From the NCBI GenBank assembly GCA_016939415.1, contig JAFGGZ010000032.1, positions 1,815-65,814 on the forward strand: a stretch of DNA of 64,000 bases. Direction: 5' to 3'. Position numbers and translations under genes: made by a program. Shown piece by piece: positions 1 to 7,567 of the stretch; within the stretch, counting starts at the first letter, position 1, and every line of letters starts with the position of its first letter. The DNA comes from Candidatus Iainarchaeum sp. Lineage in GTDB: Archaea > B1Sed10-29 > WALL01. The notes below the pieces were generated by a model. It did not search any database, had not been told where the DNA came from, and worked only from the letters and a program-made list of their open reading frames with translations.

Positions 1-266
1 TTTACGTCTATGTTATCTATTTTGTGGCTCATTGACCGGTAGGTTTCTTCGAGCTTGGAGATCCTGTCCTGGATAGTGAGGAGGGGGTGCTCGACCGTAG
101 GACTGTATACCTGCTCCTCTGGACGTCCGCCGCGGGTCAGAGACACGGTTTTTACGTTCCCGTAATTATTCTCGTTGTATTCTACGGTTTCATTGCTCTC
201 TAGATGCTTTTTTGAGCTTTTTCCTTCTTTTGAGAGCTGTTTTCTGAGCCAATTCCCGATGCCCAT
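1..266 (-). CDS. hypothetical protein; N-terminal fragment whose ORF runs off the window edge
   Basis: Manual translation of the minus strand from ATG at 266 gives MGIGNWLRKQLSKEGKSSKKHLESNETVEYNENNYGNVKTVSLTRGGRPEEQVYSPTVEHPLLTIQDRISKLEETYRSMSHKIDNIDVK..., open to position 1 with no stop. It was probably missed by the ORF track because no stop codon falls inside the window. No recognisable family. Confidence 0.3.
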   Translation of the reverse strand, partial: MGIGNWLRKQLSKEGKSSKKHLESNETVEYNENNYGNVKTVSLTRGGRPEEQVYSPTVEHPLLTIQDRISKLEETYRSMSHKIDNIDV

Positions 267-312
267 AGCGTGACTTATGGGTATTCTTCTATAAATTCCT
301 TTGCTTTTCGAG

Positions 313-356
313 TTGACGTGTCAACTGACGTGTCAGATGCGTCAACTGACGCGTCG
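313..356. promoter_or_regulatory. tandem palindromic operator-like element: two ~18-nt direct repeats, each containing an inverted repeat
   Basis: The unit gtgtcaactgacgtgtca at 319–336 repeats as gcgtcaactgacgcgtcg at 339–356, and GTCAACTGACG is identical in both copies with a 20-nt period. It overlaps the inverted repeat GTTGAC-gt-GTCAAC at 313–326 and the perfect palindrome GACGCGTC. It sits directly upstream of the minus-strand ORF that starts at 266. Confidence 0.5.
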
Positions 357-430
357 TCTCCGCGTGCGTAGCAGGTCGTGGTTGGGATTTGCGTGCGCAG
401 GAGAAGGCAAATCAATCGTCTGAACAGTGT

Positions 431-838
431 TCAAACAAATCTATTCCTCCCTCTCCTCGTTTTTGCAATAGTTCTCTCACTTCTTACTGCACTTCTCTTG
501 TACTCTCACTTTGTAGTTTTGTCAGTGCTTTTGTTTTGTTTCTTGCGCGTTTTCCCTCACTTTCTGCGTTCGCTTGCTGGTGCGGGTGTTCATCTGCCGG
601 GATTTCTCTCTTTCGTGCTTTTCGCGCCGCTTTCCTCACTTCTGGCTTTTTTTGTGGCTGCTTCCCTAGATCCTACACGCACTTTTCGGCTTTCTGCGCG
701 TGTTTTCTCACTTCTCTCTTTTTTGCGTTGTTCTGATGCCTTCTTGCATTGCTTTTTCCTTTGGGGTGCGTGCTGTTTCTCACTTTTTCTCCCAGCTGGC
801 GCAGCTGACTTTGAACCCTCACTTTTCCTCAACCCTCA
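431..838. repeat. ~400-nt strand-asymmetric polypyrimidine (C/T-rich, almost A-free) tract with a dispersed YCTCACTTY motif
   Basis: The plus strand is almost entirely C and T. The motif (C/T)CTCACTT(T/C) occurs seven times, near 474, 504, 555, 635, 707, 778 and 815, with irregular spacing of 30–80 nt. The ORFs predicted here on either strand are low-complexity translations; the minus-strand one is K/R/E-rich. Confidence 0.6.
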
Positions 839-969
839 ATGCATGTGCAAAATATACTTTGGTGAGTATTGTTTGTATAAGATTCTTTTCACAATAGGTT
901 TTTGATAGTATACTATCCAACAAATCGTTAAGCTTATATTCTACTGAACATATACATTCGGCTAGGGTA

Positions 970-1257
970 ATGCTCATGGATTCGAGTTTCTTTTTACGGG
1001 AGAAGCCGGTCAGGGTTTTAATAGCCTTGTCTGACAAATCTAGGTCGTGGTATGCTCATTTGCTTTCGAAAGAGGTTGATGTGACTTACGCTCATCTTAT
1101 CAATGTTTTGGATGCGCTTTCTGTCGCGGGGTTGGTTTCTTTTGAGCGTGAGGGCCGCATAAAGCTTGTGAGGATTACTGATGACGGTTTGGAGCTTGCT
1201 AAGGACTTTGAAACTGTTGTTAGGCGCTTGTCAAAGCTTTCCAAGTCTGGGAAATAG
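970..1257 (+). CDS. small winged helix-turn-helix DNA-binding protein (ArsR/MarR-like)
   Basis: 95 aa. The pattern SWYAHLLSKEVDVTYAHLINVLDALSVAGLVSFEREGRIKLVRITDDG fits a recognition helix followed by a beta-hairpin wing. An AT-rich region at 840–965 containing TTATAT lies upstream and may be the promoter. Confidence 0.5.
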   Translation: MLMDSSFFLREKPVRVLIALSDKSRSWYAHLLSKEVDVTYAHLINVLDALSVAGLVSFEREGRIKLVRITDDGLELAKDFETVVRRLSKLSKSGK

Positions 1258-1289
1258 TCTTTGTCTTTTGCCCAAACGTTTTGGGTTTT

Positions 1290-1760
1290 TTATATGCCGA
1301 GGGCGATGACGGTCATGAGGAGGAGTTCTTCCTCTTCTTCGAGCATGTCCTGGTAGTGGCCACTGAGGCCTTTGCCGATGCTGGATAGTATGGGGACGTA
1401 AACGCCGAGGGGGGCGATTTTCCCTATTTCTTTGTTGTCTTTCAGTATTTTGAATTCTTGCTGGAGGATGGTTTCGTGTTCGTGTATGTCGAATAGTTTT
1501 TTGGCTTTGCGGTATACGTCGAAGTGGCTCATGATGCCGAGGCGTTCTTTGATTGAGCCGATGTACTCCCCGTTTTTGTAGATTTTTGCTGTGCGGACGA
1601 TGAGGCCGGAGCGGATTATTGAGTATTTTGCGTTGAACCACTTGACTTCAAGTATGTCTTTGTAGAACGGCCTGTTGATTGAGATTAGGTCTGTTTGTTT
1701 TTTCCTGCGCACTCTCAGCTGTGCACCGGTCAGTCCAGAGAGTAGCTCGAATTCGACCAT
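1290..1760 (-). CDS. hypothetical protein
   Basis: 156-aa ORF with normal GC-rich codon usage and no recognisable motif. Confidence 0.35.
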   Translation of the reverse strand: MVEFELLSGLTGAQLRVRRKKQTDLISINRPFYKDILEVKWFNAKYSIIRSGLIVRTAKIYKNGEYIGSIKERLGIMSHFDVYRKAKKLFDIHEHETILQQEFKILKDNKEIGKIAPLGVYVPILSSIGKGLSGHYQDMLEEEEELLLMTVIALGI

Positions 1761-1785
1761 GCGTTATGCAACTCGGTTTCGGTAT

Positions 1786-2184
1786 TTATTGCTTGCGTTC
1801 TGTTTGCCAGCGTTTGATGAAGCTGTTCCAGATGTCCGTCATTTCCCTGCACCGGTTGCCGAATTGTTCGCTGAGCATCCACTCGCCTTCGCGCTTGGTT
1901 ATCATGCCGGCGTCGCGGAGTTTGTTGAGCATGGTGTAGTACTCTTGGTGTGTGCATGAGAGGCTGCGTTGGGTTTCTGCCCAGTCCTTGTCGGGGATGC
2001 GTTTTTTTTCTATGATGGTGTAGATGAAGGCTTCTGCTTTTTTCGCGAGTTCGGGTTTGCGGAAGTACAGCCCCTCCAGGATTGTTCTCAAGTCCGGTAT
2101 CCGCTCTCTGGCGCGCATCTTGATGGTGGTTTCGTATTTCGTCATTGGGGGGTCACCTGATTGTTTCTTTGGGTCGGACCGCAC
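1786..2184 (-). CDS. hypothetical protein, possible wHTH (start may instead be the internal MTKYETT)
   Basis: 132-aa ORF. The C-terminal stretch HQEYYTMLNKLRDAGMITKREGEWML resembles a winged-helix motif. Confidence 0.35.
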   Translation of the reverse strand: MRSDPKKQSGDPPMTKYETTIKMRARERIPDLRTILEGLYFRKPELAKKAEAFIYTIIEKKRIPDKDWAETQRSLSCTHQEYYTMLNKLRDAGMITKREGEWMLSEQFGNRCREMTDIWNSFIKRWQTERKQ

Positions 2185-2527
2185 GCTTCCTCGTGTTCTG
2201 GATTCTTCGCGCGAGTTCTGCGGTGGGTTGCAGTTCGTTGATTTGTGTTTCCAGTTCTCTACAGAGTGATTGCAGTTCCTGGATTCGCTGCAGGTTATCC
2301 CTTTCGGGCGTCATGCTCTTGAGCGATCCCACCACCCTCAGGCGCAGCCGCTCCAAATCCCTGTGCAGCTCTCCTGCCCTCAACACGTTTTCCATGTCTG
2401 TTGCATTGGGGTCTGGGGTGTGTTTGTCTGCTATCCTGCCGAGCTCGATTCCGAGTTCGTCGAGTTCGTCCATGGCTCCGCCGTTTAGCGGGGGTCTCTT
2501 TCCCAGTCGTTTCCCACCCCCTCCCAT
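2153..2527 (-). CDS. hypothetical coiled-coil protein
   Basis: 124-aa ORF with a heptad-like stretch LQRIQELQSLCRELETQINELQ. Confidence 0.3.
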   Translation of the reverse strand: MGGGGKRLGKRPPLNGGAMDELDELGIELGRIADKHTPDPNATDMENVLRAGELHRDLERLRLRVVGSLKSMTPERDNLQRIQELQSLCRELETQINELQPTAELARRIQNTRKRAVRPKETIR

Positions 2528-2799
2528 TTCCTCTCAAGCAGGTCAAGTTTCAGTATGGTCGACGCGTTGCTCTTCTCTGTTGATAGGAACCGATGCGCTT
2601 CGTTTACCAGCGATTTGTTCGCGCCCGCGTTCTCCAAGGCTCGTACTATTTCTTTTATGCGACCAAGGTGCGCTTCGTGCTGTCCGATTATTCCCATGCC
2701 TTCACCAGCTGTGTTTTTGGTTGTTGTTCTTTGGGTGCGGCAGGCAATATAATTGTTATAGTTGATGTCCAACCGGGTCGTTTGGTTGTTTTCCAGCAA
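2485..2799 (-). CDS. hypothetical protein
   Basis: 104-aa ORF that overlaps the previous ORF slightly; no motif recognised. Confidence 0.25.
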   Translation of the reverse strand: MLENNQTTRLDINYNNYIACRTQRTTTKNTAGEGMGIIGQHEAHLGRIKEIVRALENAGANKSLVNEAHRFLSTEKSNASTILKLDLLERKWEGVGNDWERDPR

Positions 2800-2964
2800 C
2801 CACTCCCGGGTTTGCTTCTTATCTTAATGCTGGGTTTGTCGGCTCCCCGAAGCTTGTTTGCGCAGGAAATGCATTGAGGATTGAGCATCCCCGCCGTCTA
2901 TTATTACTTGATGCCTTAATGCCTCGCGTAATTTTATAAACTCTGCGTCCGTAAGTATGTTTGC

Positions 2965-3861
2965 ATGCCACAAGAGAAGAAAGCGTCGAAGGGCCGGTTC
3001 TCGTTTTTAGGCGCGCCTTTGCGCAGCGGGGAGAACATTGCGTTCATCAAGGCGGGCGGCTACAAGTCGGTTTACGGCGTTGGCCCGGTGGTTAAGCTGT
3101 TGCCCCCCAAATCAGAGCGCCAGCGGTTGCGTGCCGGTGGGCGGAGGGTCGATTTGGTTCCCAGCATTCTCATGAATCGCGTCATCAAGGTGTTTGATCG
3201 GGGCGAGGAGGCCATGGCTCGCTCTGTTGACAAAGAAGAGCTCAAGAGAGAGCAGCACTTACTTGCGCGTTTGAGGGACCTTGTGCCGATGCCCCGCACG
3301 CTTGCCAGGGTTTTCCCAGAGGAGCATGGGGATCCGCGTCATGGCCGCGTTGACATTGATGAGTATGCTGGAGTGGATTATGAGGCGAGGTACCGCACGC
3401 TCGCTGACATGAAGCAGCCGAAGTTCATGAAGGATCTTGAGGAGATCGTGGAGATGGCTTTGCGGGCCAAGGCATCGGCCGGCGTTGTTATCGACATATC
3501 GAAGCTCGATAACTTTTGTGATGGTGTGTGTCTCAACGAGGTGAGGAAGGGTCACAGCGTTGAATTCGTTCCTTCTCCTGAGAAGAAGATTTACGTGGAC
3601 AAGGACACTGCCCAGATGAGCTTTACCACGCGTTCTCCACGCCCTTATGAGAATGCGAACCAGCAGCTGGCTTCTTACCTGGGTCATTTGGTGGGCACGA
3701 TTCTGGAGAAGGAGGCCAAGGAGGCAAAGAGCCGCACTATCTCCCGCGGTGCCGAGCGGTTGGTTGTGAAGAAGCTTCACGCATTCTTCCCCACTGAAGC
3801 CAAGGAGCTGGAGAGGCAATTCAAGCGCGTGCTTGACGACTACAAGGAAGAGCATAAGTAG
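2965..3861 (+). CDS. hypothetical protein with protein-kinase-like motifs (putative atypical kinase)
   Basis: 298 aa. The N-terminal loop IKAGGYKSVYGVGPVVKLL resembles a glycine-rich P-loop with a following Lys. VVIDISKLDNF resembles the HxD-LK-x-x-N catalytic loop and is followed by DG. The assignment is not secure from reading alone. Confidence 0.35.
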   Translation: MPQEKKASKGRFSFLGAPLRSGENIAFIKAGGYKSVYGVGPVVKLLPPKSERQRLRAGGRRVDLVPSILMNRVIKVFDRGEEAMARSVDKEELKREQHLLARLRDLVPMPRTLARVFPEEHGDPRHGRVDIDEYAGVDYEARYRTLADMKQPKFMKDLEEIVEMALRAKASAGVVIDISKLDNFCDGVCLNEVRKGHSVEFVPSPEKKIYVDKDTAQMSFTTRSPRPYENANQQLASYLGHLVGTILEKEAKEAKSRTISRGAERLVVKKLHAFFPTEAKELERQFKRVLDDYKEEHK

Positions 3862-3915
3862 TGCTACCGCACGTTTTTTAAACCCGCTTTACCCATTATC
3901 TACCGGTGATTCCAT

Positions 3916-4377
3916 ATGTTTTTCGCAGTGTCGGCCGCAAAACCCCGCGGAGGCGGTGAAAGGCCCCTGAGCCGCAGACGGATTGAGGAGGCAGTCCGCA
4001 GCAGTCCAGAAGCGCGGTTGGCGCGGCGCCGTGCTTACCTTAATGTGCAAGTGGATTCACTGAATGATCACATAAACCAACTCTTGGTCTTGCAAGAGCC
4101 TCCCAAAGCAGAAACCCTTGAAGAGCGAACACATCGGGAGGCGATATTCAAAGCGCATGCTGAACAGGTTCTCAGCCCGTTCGATCAGGCAAAGAGTTCG
4201 CTCGAGAGGATGAATGATCACCTTGCAGGCCAGGGGACCGCAGTGCCCGTCCACATCACAGCCGAAGTCCGATCCGCGGGAAAAGCGATAGCTGAAGCAG
4301 AGGCGTACCTGACGCGCTTGAGAAGCGAGAACCCGGAGCTTTTCAACTACATTTTGCGCCAGCGCAGGGGTCTGTGA
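3916..4377 (+). CDS. hypothetical protein (helical)
   Basis: 153-aa ORF in a GC-rich coding frame; no family recognised. Confidence 0.35.
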   Translation: MFFAVSAAKPRGGGERPLSRRRIEEAVRSSPEARLARRRAYLNVQVDSLNDHINQLLVLQEPPKAETLEERTHREAIFKAHAEQVLSPFDQAKSSLERMNDHLAGQGTAVPVHITAEVRSAGKAIAEAEAYLTRLRSENPELFNYILRQRRGL

Positions 4378-4387
4378 CGGCGCTTCC

Positions 4388-4807
4388 ATGCCGCGGCCTG
4401 GCATCCACAAGCTCGTCGCGCGTCACGCAGAGCTCAGCGAACGCCTTCACCAAGAGATTCTCCAGAGTTTCGAGGAAGGCGGCCTCACGGGCGATCGGTA
4501 CAAGCCATTCCAAAGCCTTAGGGAAGAGCACAACAGCGTGATGAACTCTATCATGCAGCAGCTGAAGAAGTCGATTCCCAAGAAAAGTCTTTCCAGCGCC
4601 ATCCCCCTGCTTTCATTGCTGGAGATGGAGCACGCGAACAGTCTCTCGCTTGTCGATGAGGTGCTGAACAATAACATGGATTGCGAGACCTACGACCGCG
4701 AGCACGCGAAGCGATCAGAGATCCTGGGCAGAGTGCTTTCCACTCTGCTCGAAGAAGCCGGCTGCAAGAAGCAAGGCCGGAAGTTCGGTGGCATTGGGTA
4801 TTCCTAG
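4388..4807 (+). CDS. hypothetical protein (helical)
   Basis: 139-aa ORF immediately downstream of the previous gene; no family recognised. Confidence 0.35.
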   Translation: MPRPGIHKLVARHAELSERLHQEILQSFEEGGLTGDRYKPFQSLREEHNSVMNSIMQQLKKSIPKKSLSSAIPLLSLLEMEHANSLSLVDEVLNNNMDCETYDREHAKRSEILGRVLSTLLEEAGCKKQGRKFGGIGYS

Positions 4808-5175
4808 ACCACGCGCAGCGTCGCCTTGCACTCTTCTTTTTTCTGCGATTTGTCGAAGCGCTCGTCGTGCTCCCTGACAACCACGCTCATGTCGTACATG
4901 CCCGGCTGTATGCGGCGCTTTCCGAACACTGTGAATACCGCGTCTTTGGCCCGGTTCGGCTCTACATTTGCTATGCGCACGCGCTTCTCCTTCATGACGA
5001 ACGCCGCGTCGAAACCGAGTTCTGAAGGCAGTTTCAGCGTCACTGAATAGTTCTTGTTTATCGCGCTCTTGTTCCTCACTTCCACGTGCATGACTACGGG
5101 TTGGTTCTCTGCCGCCATCATGCGAATCGGCGTGAAAGAGGTCCTGACTTGCATTGTGTCGAATTCCTCTGGCAT
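4804..5175 (-). CDS. hypothetical protein, beta-sandwich-like
   Basis: The ORF spans 4804..5199; the start is probably MPEEFD at 5175 or MQVRTSF at 5154. Alternating hydrophobic and charged residues (PVVMHVEVRNKSAINKNYSVTLKLP) suggest an Ig/CARDB-like fold. Confidence 0.35.
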   Translation of the reverse strand: MPEEFDTMQVRTSFTPIRMMAAENQPVVMHVEVRNKSAINKNYSVTLKLPSELGFDAAFVMKEKRVRIANVEPNRAKDAVFTVFGKRRIQPGMYDMSVVVREHDERFDKSQKKEECKATLRVV

Positions 5176-5232
5176 TTGATAGCACCTCGCTAACAGCAAC
5201 CTTATTATGAATGCATTCCATTAAATAGTTTT

Positions 5233-5697
5233 ATGATTCCAGAGTCCGAACTCATCGACGGGACGTACGTGCTGAGGGACATGCGCCTCACGAACGAGGT
5301 CCGCCTCACGAAGCAGAGCCTGCTGCGCTGGCTCGCTCTCGCTCTGGGTCTGCTGAGCCCCGAAGAGTCGCGCATGGGTTTCGTGCCTGTCATGGATGCG
5401 TTCCTGTCCTTCCAGCTCGCTGAGTCCCGCAGCCCCACTGTAAAGGATCTCGCCGAGCGCAGCCAGCAGCCGGAAAAGGCAGTGCGCTACCACATGAACC
5501 GCCTTGTATCCACGGGCCTGGTGCGCTGCGACAAGCGCAGGTACTGCTTTGTCCGCGACTCAGCCAGCGATGCCCTGAACCTGCCCAAAGCCTTCAGGGA
5601 GCACTACTCTGACAGGCTCGTGAAAAGCGCTTCAACAGTAGAGTCTGCGTTGTCCGAGCTGCAGCGCGCTTACTCGTCAAGGAGCAACCAAGGCTAA
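5233..5697 (+). CDS. winged-helix transcriptional regulator
   Basis: 154 aa. TVKDLAERSQQPEKAVRYHMNRLVSTGLVRCDKRRYCF has an ArsR/MarR-like HTH-plus-wing pattern. The gene is divergent from the gene at 4804–5175 across an AT-rich promoter region. Confidence 0.5.
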   Translation: MIPESELIDGTYVLRDMRLTNEVRLTKQSLLRWLALALGLLSPEESRMGFVPVMDAFLSFQLAESRSPTVKDLAERSQQPEKAVRYHMNRLVSTGLVRCDKRRYCFVRDSASDALNLPKAFREHYSDRLVKSASTVESALSELQRAYSSRSNQG

Positions 5698-6217
5698 ATG
5701 CACGCAACAACCCCCGGAAACACCGCTTATGAACGCCGAGCAAAACGCGCTGGGTTTGGTTACAGACTAACTTATCCCTACCAGAAAACGAATAAATCGA
5801 TATTAAAAAAGCAAAAGACAATTATGAGTCCATTATATTAAGCTAATCCTTTTCGGAGCTCATTTTGCTCGTTAACGCTATTCTCTCTGAAAAGTATGTG
5901 CAACAACATCTATTGTCTATTGTATCATTACAATGATATACTATGACAAATATACAACTCAAAAACATCAATTTACCATATATTTTCTGGAATGCATTTT
6001 TAAAATCCTTTGCTCACTATCCCCCTCCCTCCGAGCAGCAGTGGAATGGGCATCAATAGCCTGTGCTGCTTGTTCCGCGCGTGTTTTTTGTTTCGTGTTC
6101 TTGTTGGCTGTCCTCAGTCCTCTGTTCAGGCTGCGGGTTTTTCCACACCAGCACGCTTGTATGATTTTTGCACAATTTTAGGGGTGTTGGTTTCACCCCC
6201 CGGAACTCTAGCTAATC

Positions 6218-6793
6218 TCACGGAAACATCGTACGGCTGCGGATTGGTGGTTTCAGCATCGCTTCGATTTCGTCCCTGCGTGGGTGATGCGTTAGTCTTT
6301 TGTGTATGTCTTCGTAGTGAACGCCGGGGTACCACTTCATCATGGCGTCTGTGATACCGATGAGCGAGCGTTTTGTCGGAGCGGCTCTGCTTGCGCGCTC
6401 GAATAGGGCCGCGTCTATGAATTCGTCCAACCGGTCCCGGCCGATATACTTGTTGATGTATATGTTTATCGTGGTTTGTGATATTCCCCGGTAACCCACT
6501 TGTCTCCGCAGCGCTTTTACGACCTCGGCTGGGACGACATGCATCTTAGAGAGTAGCTGTAAGTCGGTTTCCATTTCTATGAGGTCGATTGCGGTGGTTT
6601 GTGTGCGCGGCCGCTCTGGCGCGAGAATGTCTTCAATGTCTGCTTTGTATATGCGCGTGTTGTGCTCGTCTTGGATTGCGCTTATTATGTCTGCAGTGCT
6701 CTTTCCGCGTTTGTGCATCTCAAGCACGCTGCCGATCACTTTTTTGCCGTAAATCAGCCCGACTCTCTTTTCTGCGTTCGGGTTCGTGTTCAT
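6218..6793 (-). CDS. hypothetical HTH-containing protein
   Basis: Start set at MNTNPNAEK, ATG 6793, which overlaps the upstream gene's stop in an ATGA. Two HTH-like segments are present (KSTADIISAIQDEH and GISQTTINIYINKYIG), resembling the N-terminal HTH pair of some transposases or regulators. No catalytic motif. Confidence 0.4.
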   Translation of the reverse strand: MNTNPNAEKRVGLIYGKKVIGSVLEMHKRGKSTADIISAIQDEHNTRIYKADIEDILAPERPRTQTTAIDLIEMETDLQLLSKMHVVPAEVVKALRRQVGYRGISQTTINIYINKYIGRDRLDEFIDAALFERASRAAPTKRSLIGITDAMMKWYPGVHYEDIHKRLTHHPRRDEIEAMLKPPIRSRTMFP

Positions 6794-7353
6794 CGCCTCT
6801 GCCGTATCCTTGCTTCTACAAGGGTTTGGTGCAGTGATTCGAGGGATCTTTTCATGGCGTCCTGTTTCGCTTTCAGTCCGGGCGCCAGGCTTTTCGGGAA
6901 TGCGAGGCCTTCCATTGAGTAGTACGTGTCTTCCATTCGCTTGAACAGCTTTTCTGCTGCGGCGTAATCGTCTTCCTTCAGTAGGTCCATGCAAACGCGC
7001 TTCGCCTCGCCTATGGCATCCAGCGCGCCGAGTATGTACGCGTCTGCGGGCACACAGAGTTCTGGCAGGTCCTTGTTTTTCTTGAAGGCGATGAGCATCT
7101 CCAGTTCAACGTACTCCTGGTACGGTGTCGCGAGCAGGCTTCTCAGCCCGGGCCGCTTTTTGGCTTCGGCTTCCAGGCGATGCAGGTCTTTCCTTATCCT
7201 CTCAAGGCGTTTTTTTGCAGCGGCTTCATCGTGCACGTGCATTTCGCGTATGGCTTTGGCGCACTCTATGACAATGCCTCTGCTTGTGGGCATCCACTTC
7301 TCGCGCTCTGCTTGCAGTGTCAAAAGCTCTTTTTCTGCTTTCTTGATGTTCAC
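6790..7353 (-). CDS. translin-family protein (putative archaeal translin)
   Basis: The all-helical protein carries ADAYILGALDAIGEAKRVCMDLL, which matches the translin/TRAX Y-x-x-G-x-x-D-x-x-GE motif. The preferred start is GTG at 7353, forming a GTGA overlap with the upstream DUF1858 stop. The ATG-defined ORF extends to 7509 but would overlap that gene by 160 nt. Confidence 0.5.
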   Translation of the reverse strand: MNIKKAEKELLTLQAEREKWMPTSRGIVIECAKAIREMHVHDEAAAKKRLERIRKDLHRLEAEAKKRPGLRSLLATPYQEYVELEMLIAFKKNKDLPELCVPADAYILGALDAIGEAKRVCMDLLKEDDYAAAEKLFKRMEDTYYSMEGLAFPKSLAPGLKAKQDAMKRSLESLHQTLVEARIRQRR

Positions 7354-7562
7354 TTTCCTTCCCCCGCTGCCTTGTTCAGTGCCTTCAGCATCTTGCTGAC
7401 ATCGATGCCGTGCGCTGCGCAGCCCTGCTCCAGGTTTTCGAATCTTGCTGCGGCGCAGCCGATGCAGTGCAGCCCGAACTCCTGGAACACGCTGATTGTC
7501 TGAGGCCACTTGCTCACTATCTCCATTATCGGCATGTCCTTGGTTATCTTCATTTTAACCAC
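7350..7562 (-). CDS. DUF1858-domain protein (ScdA-N-like small redox/disulfide protein)
   Basis: 70 aa. MKITKDMPIMEIVSKWPQTISVFQEFGLHCIGCAAARFENLEQGCAAHGIDV is the canonical DUF1858 pattern with a CxxC. Confidence 0.75.
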   Translation of the reverse strand: MVKMKITKDMPIMEIVSKWPQTISVFQEFGLHCIGCAAARFENLEQGCAAHGIDVSKMLKALNKAAGEGK

Positions 7563-7567
7563 TCAAT

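Noticed and set aside
431-838. CRISPR array hypothesis for the repeated CTCACTT motif
   Set aside because: The repeats are only about 9 nt with irregular 30–80-nt spacing. There are no uniform spacers, and no cas genes were seen in the window.
378-905. ORF-track proteins of 175 aa and 115 aa on the plus strand and 80 aa on the minus strand
   Set aside because: All are low-complexity translations of the polypyrimidine tract: L/F/S-rich in the sense direction and K/R/E-rich in antisense. None has a recognisable domain. I treated the region as a non-coding repeat, although the antisense Lys-rich ORF cannot be fully excluded.
819-1037. 72-aa minus-strand ORF overlapping the promoter and start of the wHTH gene
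   Set aside because: It lies in the AT-rich promoter region with atypical codon usage and overlaps the better-supported wHTH gene at 970–1257.
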